Assembly: GCA_051252375.1 (NCBI GenBank)
Contig: JBPOFY010000007.1
Coordinates: 1-64,000, forward strand
Direction: 5' to 3'
From: Opitutaceae bacterium
Lineage (GTDB): Bacteria > Verrucomicrobiota > Verrucomicrobiia > Opitutales > Coraliomargaritaceae
DNA length: 64,000 bases
Below are positions 47,801-56,620 of this stretch, one piece after another (within the stretch, counting starts at the first letter, position 1; each line of letters begins with the position of its first letter). Under the pieces are notes generated by a model. The model was not told the DNA's origin, made no database searches, and saw only the letters and a list, made by a program, of their open reading frames with translations. A program made the position numbers and the translations under genes.

Positions 47801-49249
47801 AGTGGTGCCAATACGTTTAGCGGCGGCACGACCGTCAATGACGGCTTGCTCATTGTTGGTGATGACGGGGCACTTGGCTCTGGCGTAGTGGAGCTTGCGG
47901 GCGGCACTCTAACGAACGTTGGATCTCGATCCATCGCTAATGCCATCAACATCACCGGCACCTCGCGGATCGAATCGGCTAATAGTGCCAACTTTGCCCT
48001 CAGCGGTCTGGTGACTGGTGCTGGAACTCTAAATTTGGGTGGTAACGCTTCTGGTAATTCGACTGTCGTTATTGCTGACGATCTTTTGGGGTTCTCCGGA
48101 ACCGTGAACTATACAAATGCGAGTAATGGCAATAACGTGAATATCAATGGAGCTCTGGACACCACGGCCAAATTTACAATCAGCCAAGGCACAGGCACTG
48201 GACGGTATCTACGTTTTGCCCAAGATTCTACTATCGGTGAATTATCAGGCGCCGATGGCGCATTCATCATCAATACTGGCAAAACGTTGACCATCAATCA
48301 AAGCACGGACACGAGCTTTGGCGGTGTGATCGGCATCGGTTCAGCTGCTGGAGGAATCACAAAAGATGGCACGGGCTCGCTCACACTTACAGGTGCCAAT
48401 GTATTTACTGGCACAGCCACTGTCAGCGCGGGAACACTTAGCGCGGAGAATAACAGTGCGCTCGGCAACACGACCTCGGTCGTCGTGGATGGCGGCTACT
48501 TAGACGTGCGCGGTCTCTCAGCAGGCACGCTCACTCTCGGCACCGACGCGGATCTTGTGCTCTCATCCGGCACGATCGGTTTGGATCTCGGCACGAACGT
48601 CGACCAGATTGTAGGTAACGGTGCAGGTTCACAGTTCGACATTACCAGCGGCACACTTGAGCTCTTCCTGAACCCAGGCTTCGACTACAATAATACCTAC
48701 GCTGTGCTGTCGGGCTTCGGCGGAACCAACTCGGTCGCCGGCTTAAGCATCACCGGTTACGACACTGGCACTTACACGGCCACACTCGGCACGGATGGCG
48801 TTCTATCGTTTGCATTGAGTGGCTCACCGTTCGACACATGGGCGACGGGTAGTGAGACCTTCGATGGGGATGGCAATGGCGACGGCGTTCTAGATGGCTT
48901 GGCCTTCCTGCTTGGTGCGGCTGATCCCTCGACCGACGCCAACGCACTTCTCCCAACCGTCAGCGAAGACGGCAGCGGCAATCTCGTGCTGACATTCAGC
49001 ATGCTCAATGCCGCCAACCGTGGCACCGCGAGTCTCGCGACTCAGCACAGTAGCGACCTCGGCGCGACTGACGCCTGGGATGCAGCGGGTAATGAGGAAA
49101 CGGTTCCCGAGACAACTAGCACGGTTGGAGTGGTGAGTTTCAGCATCACGCCCAATGGCACACTCAATGATGTGATCGCGACGATCCCAGACACTGAGGG
49201 GGCAGCTGGTAAACTGTTCGGTCGTCTACTAGGAACTGAAGCACCCTAA
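44828..49249 (+). CDS. Large secreted protein with autotransporter-associated beta-strand repeats and a DxDxDG-type C-terminal tail (no beta-barrel seen)
   Basis: Signal peptide. KVGTG...NTYTG repeats, DGNGDG, ends KLFGRLLGTEAP. Confidence 0.88.
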   Translation: MKKIHLLYLLALVATSTLGFGQTTYTWTGAVDGEWTTAGNWDANGIPEDNYPDVADPDSLGLTMPVGSKIVFNAATVPTSGIPKLGGDLTLSRDTPRIELLQGGAIDFVEYAGRDGSIWINPDSADPTMLLVGDGVGGAGEVELSIGSKVANLQLARHNNNIFSFVVNSDGILNFTSASVDYGANAARAAKVTIAGGEVNFSGVIQDMTGNSSAVVDFTAIGGELTASFGGNFANIAAVQASIGVDFIESYGGSLLAVDNLDGTFTVSAIALQNPIKWTGTGGATWDQSTTTNFSTNAAGGTLTEDTFANALAGSTEIVTFADEYEHDTGPTAVTQTTVSIDAAGVSAPVNGIEFTNNSISYDVGTAGTTGITGATSVAISGGGTVTLSGPNTHTSPTTVTGSSTLILSDELALQNSTLNTDIAPEFDQSVGGNAFTLGGLDSSANIALENNAGSPAAILLTVGNNDSTSTYSGILSGAGGLTKVGTGTFSLNGPNGAANSTVVTNTYTGDTIIKEGTLIAGPGNGDIGFSAATQVYIGDTSGAADATLQFDQSSSTLYPDTINYTVRSGNTGTMSIRGSGFPQLMGTLTLGSTGSDGKGVTMSMVGSNNWNLRFQGVIQDPSGMTPGTGGTITINSAAGRFVSFEAANTYSGDTVVESGNFRTINGGSLSFYPTTNTNTNQLKGAAPSTGVVTLDGPITIDLSSADTTVGNTWQLVNETDLGSVTYGANFAVNSKNLGAFTEVSTGVWSLTDGAADWIFEESTGVLVRGAPTSYWTGDTNGTWDADSTANFSDNAPAAALNSVTFDVATAINSSVTFADTYFDSGAPIDVTEDNVTIAAGGVSTGTVVFENTTGNLNSVSYNIDGADANGITGSTAVTISGGGTVTLSSPNTHSGITTVTSGSLILADELALQNSTLNTDTTSVFDESVGGNAFTLGGLAGTGGVALENNAGSPASIQLTVGNNDSNTAYSGILSGAGSLIKVGTGSSTLSGANTFSGGTTVNDGLLIVGDDGALGSGVVELAGGTLTNVGSRSIANAINITGTSRIESANSANFALSGLVTGAGTLNLGGNASGNSTVVIADDLLGFSGTVNYTNASNGNNVNINGALDTTAKFTISQGTGTGRYLRFAQDSTIGELSGADGAFIINTGKTLTINQSTDTSFGGVIGIGSAAGGITKDGTGSLTLTGANVFTGTATVSAGTLSAENNSALGNTTSVVVDGGYLDVRGLSAGTLTLGTDADLVLSSGTIGLDLGTNVDQIVGNGAGSQFDITSGTLELFLNPGFDYNNTYAVLSGFGGTNSVAGLSITGYDTGTYTATLGTDGVLSFALSGSPFDTWATGSETFDGDGNGDGVLDGLAFLLGAADPSTDANALLPTVSEDGSGNLVLTFSMLNAANRGTASLATQHSSDLGATDAWDAAGNEETVPETTSTVGVVSFSITPNGTLNDVIATIPDTEGAAGKLFGRLLGTEAP

Positions 49250-49277
49250 TGCTGTGCCTTCGCATAGCAGCACTTTA

Positions 49278-49342
49278 ATATAGAATATGGGTTCTATATG
49301 GGGAAAGGCCCTCGCTGGGAAACCGGCGGGGGTCTTTTATTT
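49278..49342 (+). terminator. Double-hairpin element ending in a rho-independent terminator, copy 1
   Basis: ATATAGAA-N6-TTCTATAT, then GGCCCTCGCTGG-GAAA-CCGGCGGGGGTC-TTTTATTT. Confidence 0.8.
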
Positions 49343-49379
49343 GTTTCTAACTTCAAAATTTTTGCCACTAACAATGGAA

Positions 49380-49426
49380 CCCCCTCATTTAGGGGGGTAG
49401 GCTAGATTGAGAAAAAAGTGTATTGT
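49380..49426 (+). promoter_or_regulatory. Family A box plus -10
   Basis: 17-mer identical to the 44730 box at 49380-49396. TATTGT at 49421, same 24-nt spacer. Confidence 0.75.
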
Positions 49427-49477
49427 GGAGCATTGTTACCAAGCGCAGATTTAAAGACCCTATTGCCCGAATAACTT

Positions 49478-51478
49478 ATGAATAAATTCATACTACCTCT
49501 ACTTTCAGCCTTTTCCGCTTTGACCGCAGTCAACGCCCAGACCAATTGGACGGGCGCGACTAATGGCACCTGGGATACAACGACCGATAACTGGACTGGT
49601 GGCATTGGCACTCTCTACACCAACGGTGACGCCGTTGAGTTTGGCGACACGGGCGGCGCGAACACCACTATTAGTATCACCTTGGCGGTGACTCCTGGTT
49701 CGGTCACGTTTACTGATAGCGGCGCAGGCACCAACGCCTACATTTTTAATACTTCGGCCATCAACGGCACCGGCGCCGTGACCCTCGGCAGCGGTTTCGG
49801 TGGATCCGTCCAGCTCAACGTGGCTAACGGCTACAGTGGCGGCACAATCGTCAATGATGGCACACTCATCATCGGCAATGGAGGTGCCCTTGGCTCTGGC
49901 ACGCTGACTCTGGCTGGTGGCGTGGTGAAGAGTAATACAACGATTTCCAATGCGATCAACGTTACCGGAACGGCAGACATCATCGGGACGGGAAACTCCA
50001 CCTATAACAGTGATATTACCGGTTCTGGAACGCTTAATTTTGGTGGCTCAGGTAATGGGCAGGCCGCAGCTACCGTATTTTTAGGAAATGGTGCACTGGA
50101 CGGCTTTACGGGCACGATTGTGCACGACAATGCTAACAATCTTAACAATTTAAGGATTCAAAATACAACCACAGCTGGAAAGCTGCATACAACGGGAGAT
50201 ACCACATCAAACAGGTTTGTGGGTATCGAAGGTTCAGTCGAGGTAAGTGAACTTTCCGGTGATGGGGGACAGCTCGGCACATGGACGACGGGTGCTGTGG
50301 GCGGAACATTAACAGTCAATCAAATCTCCGATACAACATATAGCGGTCATCTGGGAGCGGTTACGGCTACTAACAGAAACCTGAATATCGTTAAGTCGGG
50401 TTCTGGGTCTTTGACTTTGGATTTTGAGAATACATATACAGGCACGACGACGCTTAACGCAGGCACACTCGTTGCTGGTAATGATGCGGCCTTTAGCACC
50501 AGCGTAGTTACACTGGCTGGCGGCACGCTGACAAACACTGGAGCTCGATCCATCAGTAATGCCATCAACATCACAGGCATCGCGCAGATCGATGCTGCCA
50601 ATAGTGCCAACTTTACGCTCAGCGGTCCGGTGACTGGTGCCGGCACACTGAATCTGGGTGGTGTCGCGGATCGGAATGCGACCCTCACTATTTCCGACGA
50701 TCTTTCAGGGTTTTCCGGGACTGTGAATTACACGAATCATACAACTGGTAATAATGTGACCTTCTCATCTGCCATGGATACCACTGCGAAATTTTCTACC
50801 AGCTTCACTAGTAGTGGCCGTTATTTACGTTTTGCTTCTGGTGGAACCATCGGGGAACTGTCGGGCGACGGCCAGATCCTTATTAATAACGGGCAGACCT
50901 TGACTGTTAATCAGAGCACAGACAGCACCTATTCAGGAATCATCGGTGCGCATTCCACTGGTAGGGGAGCTCTCACTAAGGCGGGGACAGGCATACTCAG
51001 GCTTACTGGGGAGAATCTACATGAGGGCGCGACAACGGTCAGCGGCGGCACACTCATTGTGGATGGTTCCTTAGCAGCAGGGAGTGCAGTTTCTGTCGAT
51101 TCGGGTGCAGCAATCGGTGGTAGCGGCACAATCAGCGGTAATCTATTCTTAGCAGCAGGCGCTGAGTTCTTATTTAGCACAACCGAAACACTTGCAGTGG
51201 GTGGCACCTTGAGCTTTGGTGGTTTTAGCGTTGCCGATTTGGTTGGCTTAGACAGTAGCATCGCAGAGGGCACATATACCATTGTTGGCGGTTCTATTAA
51301 CACAGCAAATTTATCTAACCTCGGCTTCGCGAACGCGTTTGATTTGGGGGATGGTAAGTCCGCTTACTTCCAAGAGGGCAGTCTTCAACTCGTCGTCGTT
51401 CCGGAACCCGGCGCTTATGCCTTACTCGCGGGCCTGCTGGGTCTGAGCTATGTGATGGTTCGCCGTCGCGAAGTATAA
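49478..51478 (+). CDS. PEP-CTERM protein with autotransporter-associated beta-strand repeats
   Basis: Signal peptide and repeats. C-terminal VPEPGAYALLAGLLGLSYVMVRRREV. Confidence 0.92.
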   Translation: MNKFILPLLSAFSALTAVNAQTNWTGATNGTWDTTTDNWTGGIGTLYTNGDAVEFGDTGGANTTISITLAVTPGSVTFTDSGAGTNAYIFNTSAINGTGAVTLGSGFGGSVQLNVANGYSGGTIVNDGTLIIGNGGALGSGTLTLAGGVVKSNTTISNAINVTGTADIIGTGNSTYNSDITGSGTLNFGGSGNGQAAATVFLGNGALDGFTGTIVHDNANNLNNLRIQNTTTAGKLHTTGDTTSNRFVGIEGSVEVSELSGDGGQLGTWTTGAVGGTLTVNQISDTTYSGHLGAVTATNRNLNIVKSGSGSLTLDFENTYTGTTTLNAGTLVAGNDAAFSTSVVTLAGGTLTNTGARSISNAINITGIAQIDAANSANFTLSGPVTGAGTLNLGGVADRNATLTISDDLSGFSGTVNYTNHTTGNNVTFSSAMDTTAKFSTSFTSSGRYLRFASGGTIGELSGDGQILINNGQTLTVNQSTDSTYSGIIGAHSTGRGALTKAGTGILRLTGENLHEGATTVSGGTLIVDGSLAAGSAVSVDSGAAIGGSGTISGNLFLAAGAEFLFSTTETLAVGGTLSFGGFSVADLVGLDSSIAEGTYTIVGGSINTANLSNLGFANAFDLGDGKSAYFQEGSLQLVVVPEPGAYALLAGLLGLSYVMVRRREV

Positions 51479-51483
51479 ATTTT

Positions 51484-51550
51484 ATATAGAATGTAGGGTT
51501 CTATGTTAGGGGAGACCCCCGCTGGTAAACCGGCGGGGGTTCTTTTATTT
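51484..51550 (+). terminator. Double-hairpin element ending in a rho-independent terminator, copy 2
   Basis: ATATAGAA-N7-TTCTATGT, then ACCCCCGCTGG-TAAA-CCGGCGGGGGT-TCTTTTATTT. Confidence 0.82.
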
Positions 51551-51694
51551 CTAATCCAATAGGACCGAACAATGCGACTAGTAGTATAATGTATTCACCT
51601 ATGGTCTATGGCTTTTCTCGGAATTTAATTACATTCTGAACTTTCGCTTTAGGAATATAAGCGCTTTTGTTCGCTACTGATTGCTTCTGTTTCC

Positions 51695-51741
51695 ATACCC
51701 TAAAGCAAGGGGTATCCTGATAGATTTCTTGCATGCATAAT
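51695..51741 (+). promoter_or_regulatory. Degenerate family A box
   Basis: ATACCCTA-AAGCA-AGGGGTAT at 51695-51715. CATAAT at 51736 is 2 nt closer than the -10 at the other family A sites. Confidence 0.5.
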
Positions 51742-51836
51742 TAGCAGATGTATCGTGCTGGAGTTGGTATTTCCATGGATTTGTTGTAATTATTCCATCC
51801 ATTGGACTTATACTGACTTTTTATTTACTTTACTCT

Positions 51837-54800
51837 ATGAACTGCCCCCAGCCCTCCTCTAAACCTAACACTACAATTCCAGCCGCTAGTAATCGAGGTT
51901 TCGCCTTGGTCATTGCATTGGGATTGATGGCTTTTGTGCTTATATTGCTGCTGGCGATAACAACTTTGGTGCAAGTGGAGACGCAATCCTCTAGCATCAG
52001 TAAATCTCAAATCGAAGCAGAGCAAGCCGCTCTACTAGCCATGCAGATGGCGATTGGTGAGTTGCAGGCATATACTGGGCTGGACACGCGAGTGACGGCG
52101 AGCTCAACACTGTTGGATGAATTAAATGTTCCAGTGACCGGCGTTTGGCGCAGCTGGGAGGGCAGTGATCGTGATAGTGATGGAAAGCCGACGATTCCGA
52201 ATTATGCAGCCAAGCGTGCCGAAGGAGATCTCGATGCTGCGAATCCGGAAGTGGGTTTAGATGTCTCGTCGAGTGCGGGACGCTTTTTGGGCTGGTTGAG
52301 CTCTGCTGAGCTACCCGATGATCCCAGCGATCCGATACCGGCGGGAGTTCTTTCGAATGTTTCCGGCGGGGGCAGAGTGCCGATGGTTACATCGGGGCGT
52401 CCTGGAGAGGACGAGGGGAGCGTCGCAAAAACAAGTGAAGAGGTGTATATTCTACCGACCTATCTTCGAGAAGGAGGTGCAGTTAGCGGCAGTATCGCAT
52501 GGTGGGTCAGCGGTGATAATTCCAAGGCTATGATCAATGACGATTCGAGTGAAGAGCCTGCGACTGTGCAGGATTGGCAACAGCGGGTTCGTTCGAATGG
52601 CTGGGCTGATCCAGCAGCATTTGAATTTGGTGATGATGATATCTTTAATAACAAGGTGCTGCCCTCAACTGGAAGCCTAGCCATGGTAGCAGACGCCAGC
52701 GCCGAGTTGCGTCATTTTCACGATTTAACGACTTTCAATCGTGGCCTATTGACTAACACCGCAGTTGGTGGTTGGCGTCGTGACCTGTCCTTGATGACTG
52801 AAAGTTACGACGGCGACACCAGTGATGGCGATCCAGCCAATTATACCACAACAAGTCCGCTACCGTCTGGAGCTAGAGCAGCGCGCGAAGGCTTCTCTTT
52901 CTACACGCCTAGTCCTGGAGAATCTGGCTATGCGCGTAAAGCGACAGAAACTGATAAGGGCCCTGGTGCTCTGTTGTATCCATGGGCTACATATCGAGAC
53001 AACCCTAACCCTTGGGGGCACACGGGACCGGTTGGTTCTTGGACCGCCCTAGTGGACTATGCGAACCTATACAAAAACCTAGATGCATTCTCTGCAGCGA
53101 ATACTAAATTCCCACGCTCGTCGGGCGTTGTAGATTGGCCGACATGGGAAACAGACAATTTATTGTGGGCGGATAAAATTCGTGTCTCTCCGATCGTTGC
53201 GCGAGTTCATTGGATTTTCTCACTGGCTTCAGAATCGGAATCGGTCAGGGTTGGTCGTGATCTTGTAACCACATACGAACCAAGACTATTGCTGACACCA
53301 GTTGTCACGATATGGAACCCCTACAACGTAGAGATGGAGATACCAGGGAATCTTGCGCTGAATATGCAATGGAGGGATCAGGACATCACTCCGTTTCGGT
53401 TCAAGTTCAGAATTGGTAATACTCCGCTCTATCAACCTCAGCCAGAACCCAGACTTGAAGGTGTCACGTTTGCTGACATTGCTCCTGGTGGGGGCTACGT
53501 TCAATTACAACTGCCTACCAACGAGCCGATGATTTTGCCTCCGGGCGCTTCAAAAGTCTTCAGTTCAGCCAGTGGGATTGTTTCAGTCGATGCGAACGGC
53601 TCAAACACACCACCATTGCTACTCGTTTCGGGCTATAATGCTGAAGGAGGTTTCCTCTTTGAGATTCAAGATTTCAGTAGTGGTTCTCCTCAACCCGCTC
53701 AAACAGCAGACAGCAGTGCGCTCTTTACGGTTGAGGGCGTCAATGTTACTGGAGGGCAGGACGATACTATTGGAGTTTACATAAATACACTAGCTGGAGG
53801 TGTTCGTCGTTATCCAGTAAGAAATTCTTACATTGAAACTGAGATGGGCGGGGCTGCTGTCGTGGATGAAATTTATCCAGCACTGGGTGAGTCTGGAGAT
53901 TTATACAGTGATCAAATCAGTGCCTTTGATGTCGACGGAGGATTAACTCACCCATTTGCCGCAGCCATTTTGGCTTCAAGGGCAACTTCTCCACTTGCTG
54001 CTTTTGATGAACCAAATTATGCACATTTGGCGACCAAAGGAATGGTTCAGAGCAATCCACTAACCTGTTATGTGGAAATGAGAACTAATTATCAGAAGGC
54101 ACATGGATCGCTTCATCCGATTAACAGTACTTATGCTTACAGTTTTAGGGAATTACTAGGTTGGTCCGGTTCGGACTTCGGTTGGATTCCTGAAGTTGCG
54201 CCGGATGGAAGCGGCTATATTGTTTCAGGTATATCGTCAACTGACGGTTTGACTCGGTGTATTATGGCAGAGTTGCCGACGCGCCCGATTCAAAGTTTGG
54301 CGGATCTTCAGCACTGGGATGCACGTAACAATTGTTCAGTGCCCCCATTTGCATTCAACTTGATTGCGAATGCTTCAGCCACTCCTTTAATTCCCGCAGA
54401 TGATGTGTCATTTCTCGGTCCAAATACTCTCAATGCGAACATGGCTAATGATGATAGCTACTTATTGAACCATGTGCTTTTTGACGATTGGTTTGTCTCA
54501 TCGCTCGCACCGGATTATGGAAATTTTGGAGTGACCGAAGATCGTAGTATTGGCGAAGTCTATGAGCAGCACCTGACTGGTGAAAAACCTCTGCCGAATC
54601 GTTTCTATTTACCAGCATCGGGTGCTAATCTACCGACAGTATCAGCTGCGGTCGCGAGTGTGGTCAGTGGTCAGAAGGATACCGCAACGCAAAAATATGG
54701 GTTCGAAACAGTCGCTTCGAAGTTTGAGGTAGCGGGCATGTTTAATGTCAACTCGACTTCGCTCGATGCATGGCGCGCCTTACTGCGGCACTCGCGAGAT

Positions 54801-55547
54801 GTTGAAGTGCCTTACCTTGACTCCAGTGGTAACACTCAAACGGACGAGCCTCGCTCTTTCACTTATCCTCGCACGTCGATCGCAAGCGACCAAGGCAGTG
54901 ACTCAGGCACTACTGAATCCGGAATCATGGCTGCCGAATTCGCCGGACACCGCGTGCTGACGGAAGCGCAAGTTGATCGACTAGCCAATAACATCGTGGC
55001 AATCATTCGTGAGCGAGGACCTTTTCTCTCCCTTTCCGAATTCGTGAATAGAGAATTGACGACTAACGTGGATCGGGCACTTGCAGGCACCATACAATCT
55101 GCACTCGACGAACTGGCTAACTTGGGGAACACATCCGACAATCCGTTTAGAGAACTTCAGGCGAATTCGGTGGCTATCACCACTTTACCCCCTGGGAATC
55201 ATGAATATCAGTTTCCTGATGCGGCATATGGACATTCGGCATTCGGGATGCCGGGTTGGATCCGTCAGGCAGACATTTTACGCCCACTGGCTCCTGTTCT
55301 TTCCGCTCGCGATGACACTTTCACGATACGTAGTTATGGCGATGTGAGAGATCCGACTAATCCGGATAAGATCGTTGCCCGAGTCTGGTGTGAAGCAGTG
55401 GTTGTTCGAACGGCTGACTTTGTCGACCCAACTGAGGATGCCAGCGTGCTGCCTCACTCCAGCGATATGGTGTCGATTGCTAACCAACGCTTCGGTCGGA
55501 AATACAAGATTGCGTCTTTCCGGTGGCTAAACGAAGAAGAGATTTAA
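51837..55547 (+). CDS. Giant PilX/GspK-like pseudopilin, copy 2
   Basis: SNRG|FALVIALGLM with no Glu5. AIGELQ, RGPFLSLSEFVNR, PGWIRQAD, RDDTFTIRSYG, FGRKY. Confidence 0.75.
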   Translation: MNCPQPSSKPNTTIPAASNRGFALVIALGLMAFVLILLLAITTLVQVETQSSSISKSQIEAEQAALLAMQMAIGELQAYTGLDTRVTASSTLLDELNVPVTGVWRSWEGSDRDSDGKPTIPNYAAKRAEGDLDAANPEVGLDVSSSAGRFLGWLSSAELPDDPSDPIPAGVLSNVSGGGRVPMVTSGRPGEDEGSVAKTSEEVYILPTYLREGGAVSGSIAWWVSGDNSKAMINDDSSEEPATVQDWQQRVRSNGWADPAAFEFGDDDIFNNKVLPSTGSLAMVADASAELRHFHDLTTFNRGLLTNTAVGGWRRDLSLMTESYDGDTSDGDPANYTTTSPLPSGARAAREGFSFYTPSPGESGYARKATETDKGPGALLYPWATYRDNPNPWGHTGPVGSWTALVDYANLYKNLDAFSAANTKFPRSSGVVDWPTWETDNLLWADKIRVSPIVARVHWIFSLASESESVRVGRDLVTTYEPRLLLTPVVTIWNPYNVEMEIPGNLALNMQWRDQDITPFRFKFRIGNTPLYQPQPEPRLEGVTFADIAPGGGYVQLQLPTNEPMILPPGASKVFSSASGIVSVDANGSNTPPLLLVSGYNAEGGFLFEIQDFSSGSPQPAQTADSSALFTVEGVNVTGGQDDTIGVYINTLAGGVRRYPVRNSYIETEMGGAAVVDEIYPALGESGDLYSDQISAFDVDGGLTHPFAAAILASRATSPLAAFDEPNYAHLATKGMVQSNPLTCYVEMRTNYQKAHGSLHPINSTYAYSFRELLGWSGSDFGWIPEVAPDGSGYIVSGISSTDGLTRCIMAELPTRPIQSLADLQHWDARNNCSVPPFAFNLIANASATPLIPADDVSFLGPNTLNANMANDDSYLLNHVLFDDWFVSSLAPDYGNFGVTEDRSIGEVYEQHLTGEKPLPNRFYLPASGANLPTVSAAVASVVSGQKDTATQKYGFETVASKFEVAGMFNVNSTSLDAWRALLRHSRDVEVPYLDSSGNTQTDEPRSFTYPRTSIASDQGSDSGTTESGIMAAEFAGHRVLTEAQVDRLANNIVAIIRERGPFLSLSEFVNRELTTNVDRALAGTIQSALDELANLGNTSDNPFRELQANSVAITTLPPGNHEYQFPDAAYGHSAFGMPGWIRQADILRPLAPVLSARDDTFTIRSYGDVRDPTNPDKIVARVWCEAVVVRTADFVDPTEDASVLPHSSDMVSIANQRFGRKYKIASFRWLNEEEI

Positions 55548-55551
55548 TTTC

Positions 55552-56250
55552 ATGATATTTAGTAAAACACAGTGTATTTGCGTACTCACCTTAATCTTTA
55601 TTGTTCTGCTGCCTGCGACCAGTTTCGGACGCTCGGCTAGAGCGATGTTTCTTGGAGCAACTGCGGATATGCCCAAGGAGGCGATTTTGTTGATCGGGGG
55701 AAAACTCGTCACGGTCGATTTGCCGTCCCGTTTTTTATCGCCTGAAATCGAGCTCCCAAGCGCTCCTTCCACGGCAGTCGTGTTGCAAACACCTCCGCTA
55801 CCCGATGAAGAGATCAACCCCGCGGCACCCGTTATTCGATTCCCCGAGGAGTCCACTCGCTGTCTACTCCTGTTTATTCCGGACGCGTCAAATAGTGTCT
55901 TTCCAGCTCGTGTCATTGTTATAGATGCATCACCCAGTAAGTTCCCTGCAGGGAATACCATTATCTTTAATCTGTCTAAGGCGAACATTGCTGGTAAGTT
56001 TGGTGATCAGGAAGTTAAAGTAGGTGCGGGACAAAAGCGTGTGTTGAACCCACCTCGATCCGATGCTGGAAGCTATCCGGTACATGTTGTTTGTCAGATA
56101 TCACCAGATGCTGACTGGGTCACGCTCTGTAGTTCTACATGGCGTCATCATCCGAAAGTGCGCCAATTGATGTTTGTTGCTCCACATAATGAGCGAAAAT
56201 TTCCCCGAATTTGGACTGTCACCGATTATCCCCAAGTTAAAGAGCAATAG
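55552..56250 (+). CDS. Secreted 232-aa hypothetical partner of the pseudopilin, copy 2
   Basis: Starts 4 nt after the upstream stop. Signal peptide. Similar size and motif pattern to the 26471 ORF. Confidence 0.8.
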   Translation: MIFSKTQCICVLTLIFIVLLPATSFGRSARAMFLGATADMPKEAILLIGGKLVTVDLPSRFLSPEIELPSAPSTAVVLQTPPLPDEEINPAAPVIRFPEESTRCLLLFIPDASNSVFPARVIVIDASPSKFPAGNTIIFNLSKANIAGKFGDQEVKVGAGQKRVLNPPRSDAGSYPVHVVCQISPDADWVTLCSSTWRHHPKVRQLMFVAPHNERKFPRIWTVTDYPQVKEQ

Positions 56251-56431
56251 CAGGGGACCATACTCTTTGTCGTTTATTTCCAAAAGAGTTCATCCATCAG
56301 GCTGTGATACGCGCACATTCGCCTTAGGTAATGGTCTGAGAGTCGGCACTGTGCTACCTTTCAATGATGTGGACTAAATCGATTCAGCAGTAGCACTGTT
56401 TCAGCTTATTCACTTCACCCTACACATACAG

Positions 56432-56478
56432 CCCCCCTGTATGGGGGGATTTACAGAACTAGGAAACTGTAGTAATGT
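56432..56478 (+). promoter_or_regulatory. Family A box plus -10
   Basis: CCCCCC-TGTAT-GGGGGG at 56432-56448 and TAATGT at 56473, same 24-nt spacer. Confidence 0.62.
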
Positions 56479-56620
56479 GATACTTTATACTTACTGAATC
56501 TCTATTCTATTTCCTTACAAAGCCTCTTCGACATTTCCGTAGAGGTTTTGTAAATTCACCTTCGAATTGAGAGACTCCAATTGCTGACATTGGAGTGCTA
56601 CAATGACTAATAAATAATTA

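Noticed and set aside
35016..51478. Calling the beta-repeat proteins true autotransporters
   Set aside because: No C-terminal beta-barrel was seen. They end in PEP-CTERM or the alternative tail.
44730..56448. Poly-C/poly-G boxes as invertible-element ends, phase-variable tracts or CRISPR repeats
   Set aside because: There is no recombinase or cas gene, and the spacing is irregular at kilobase scale. The fixed distance to -10 elements fits operators better.
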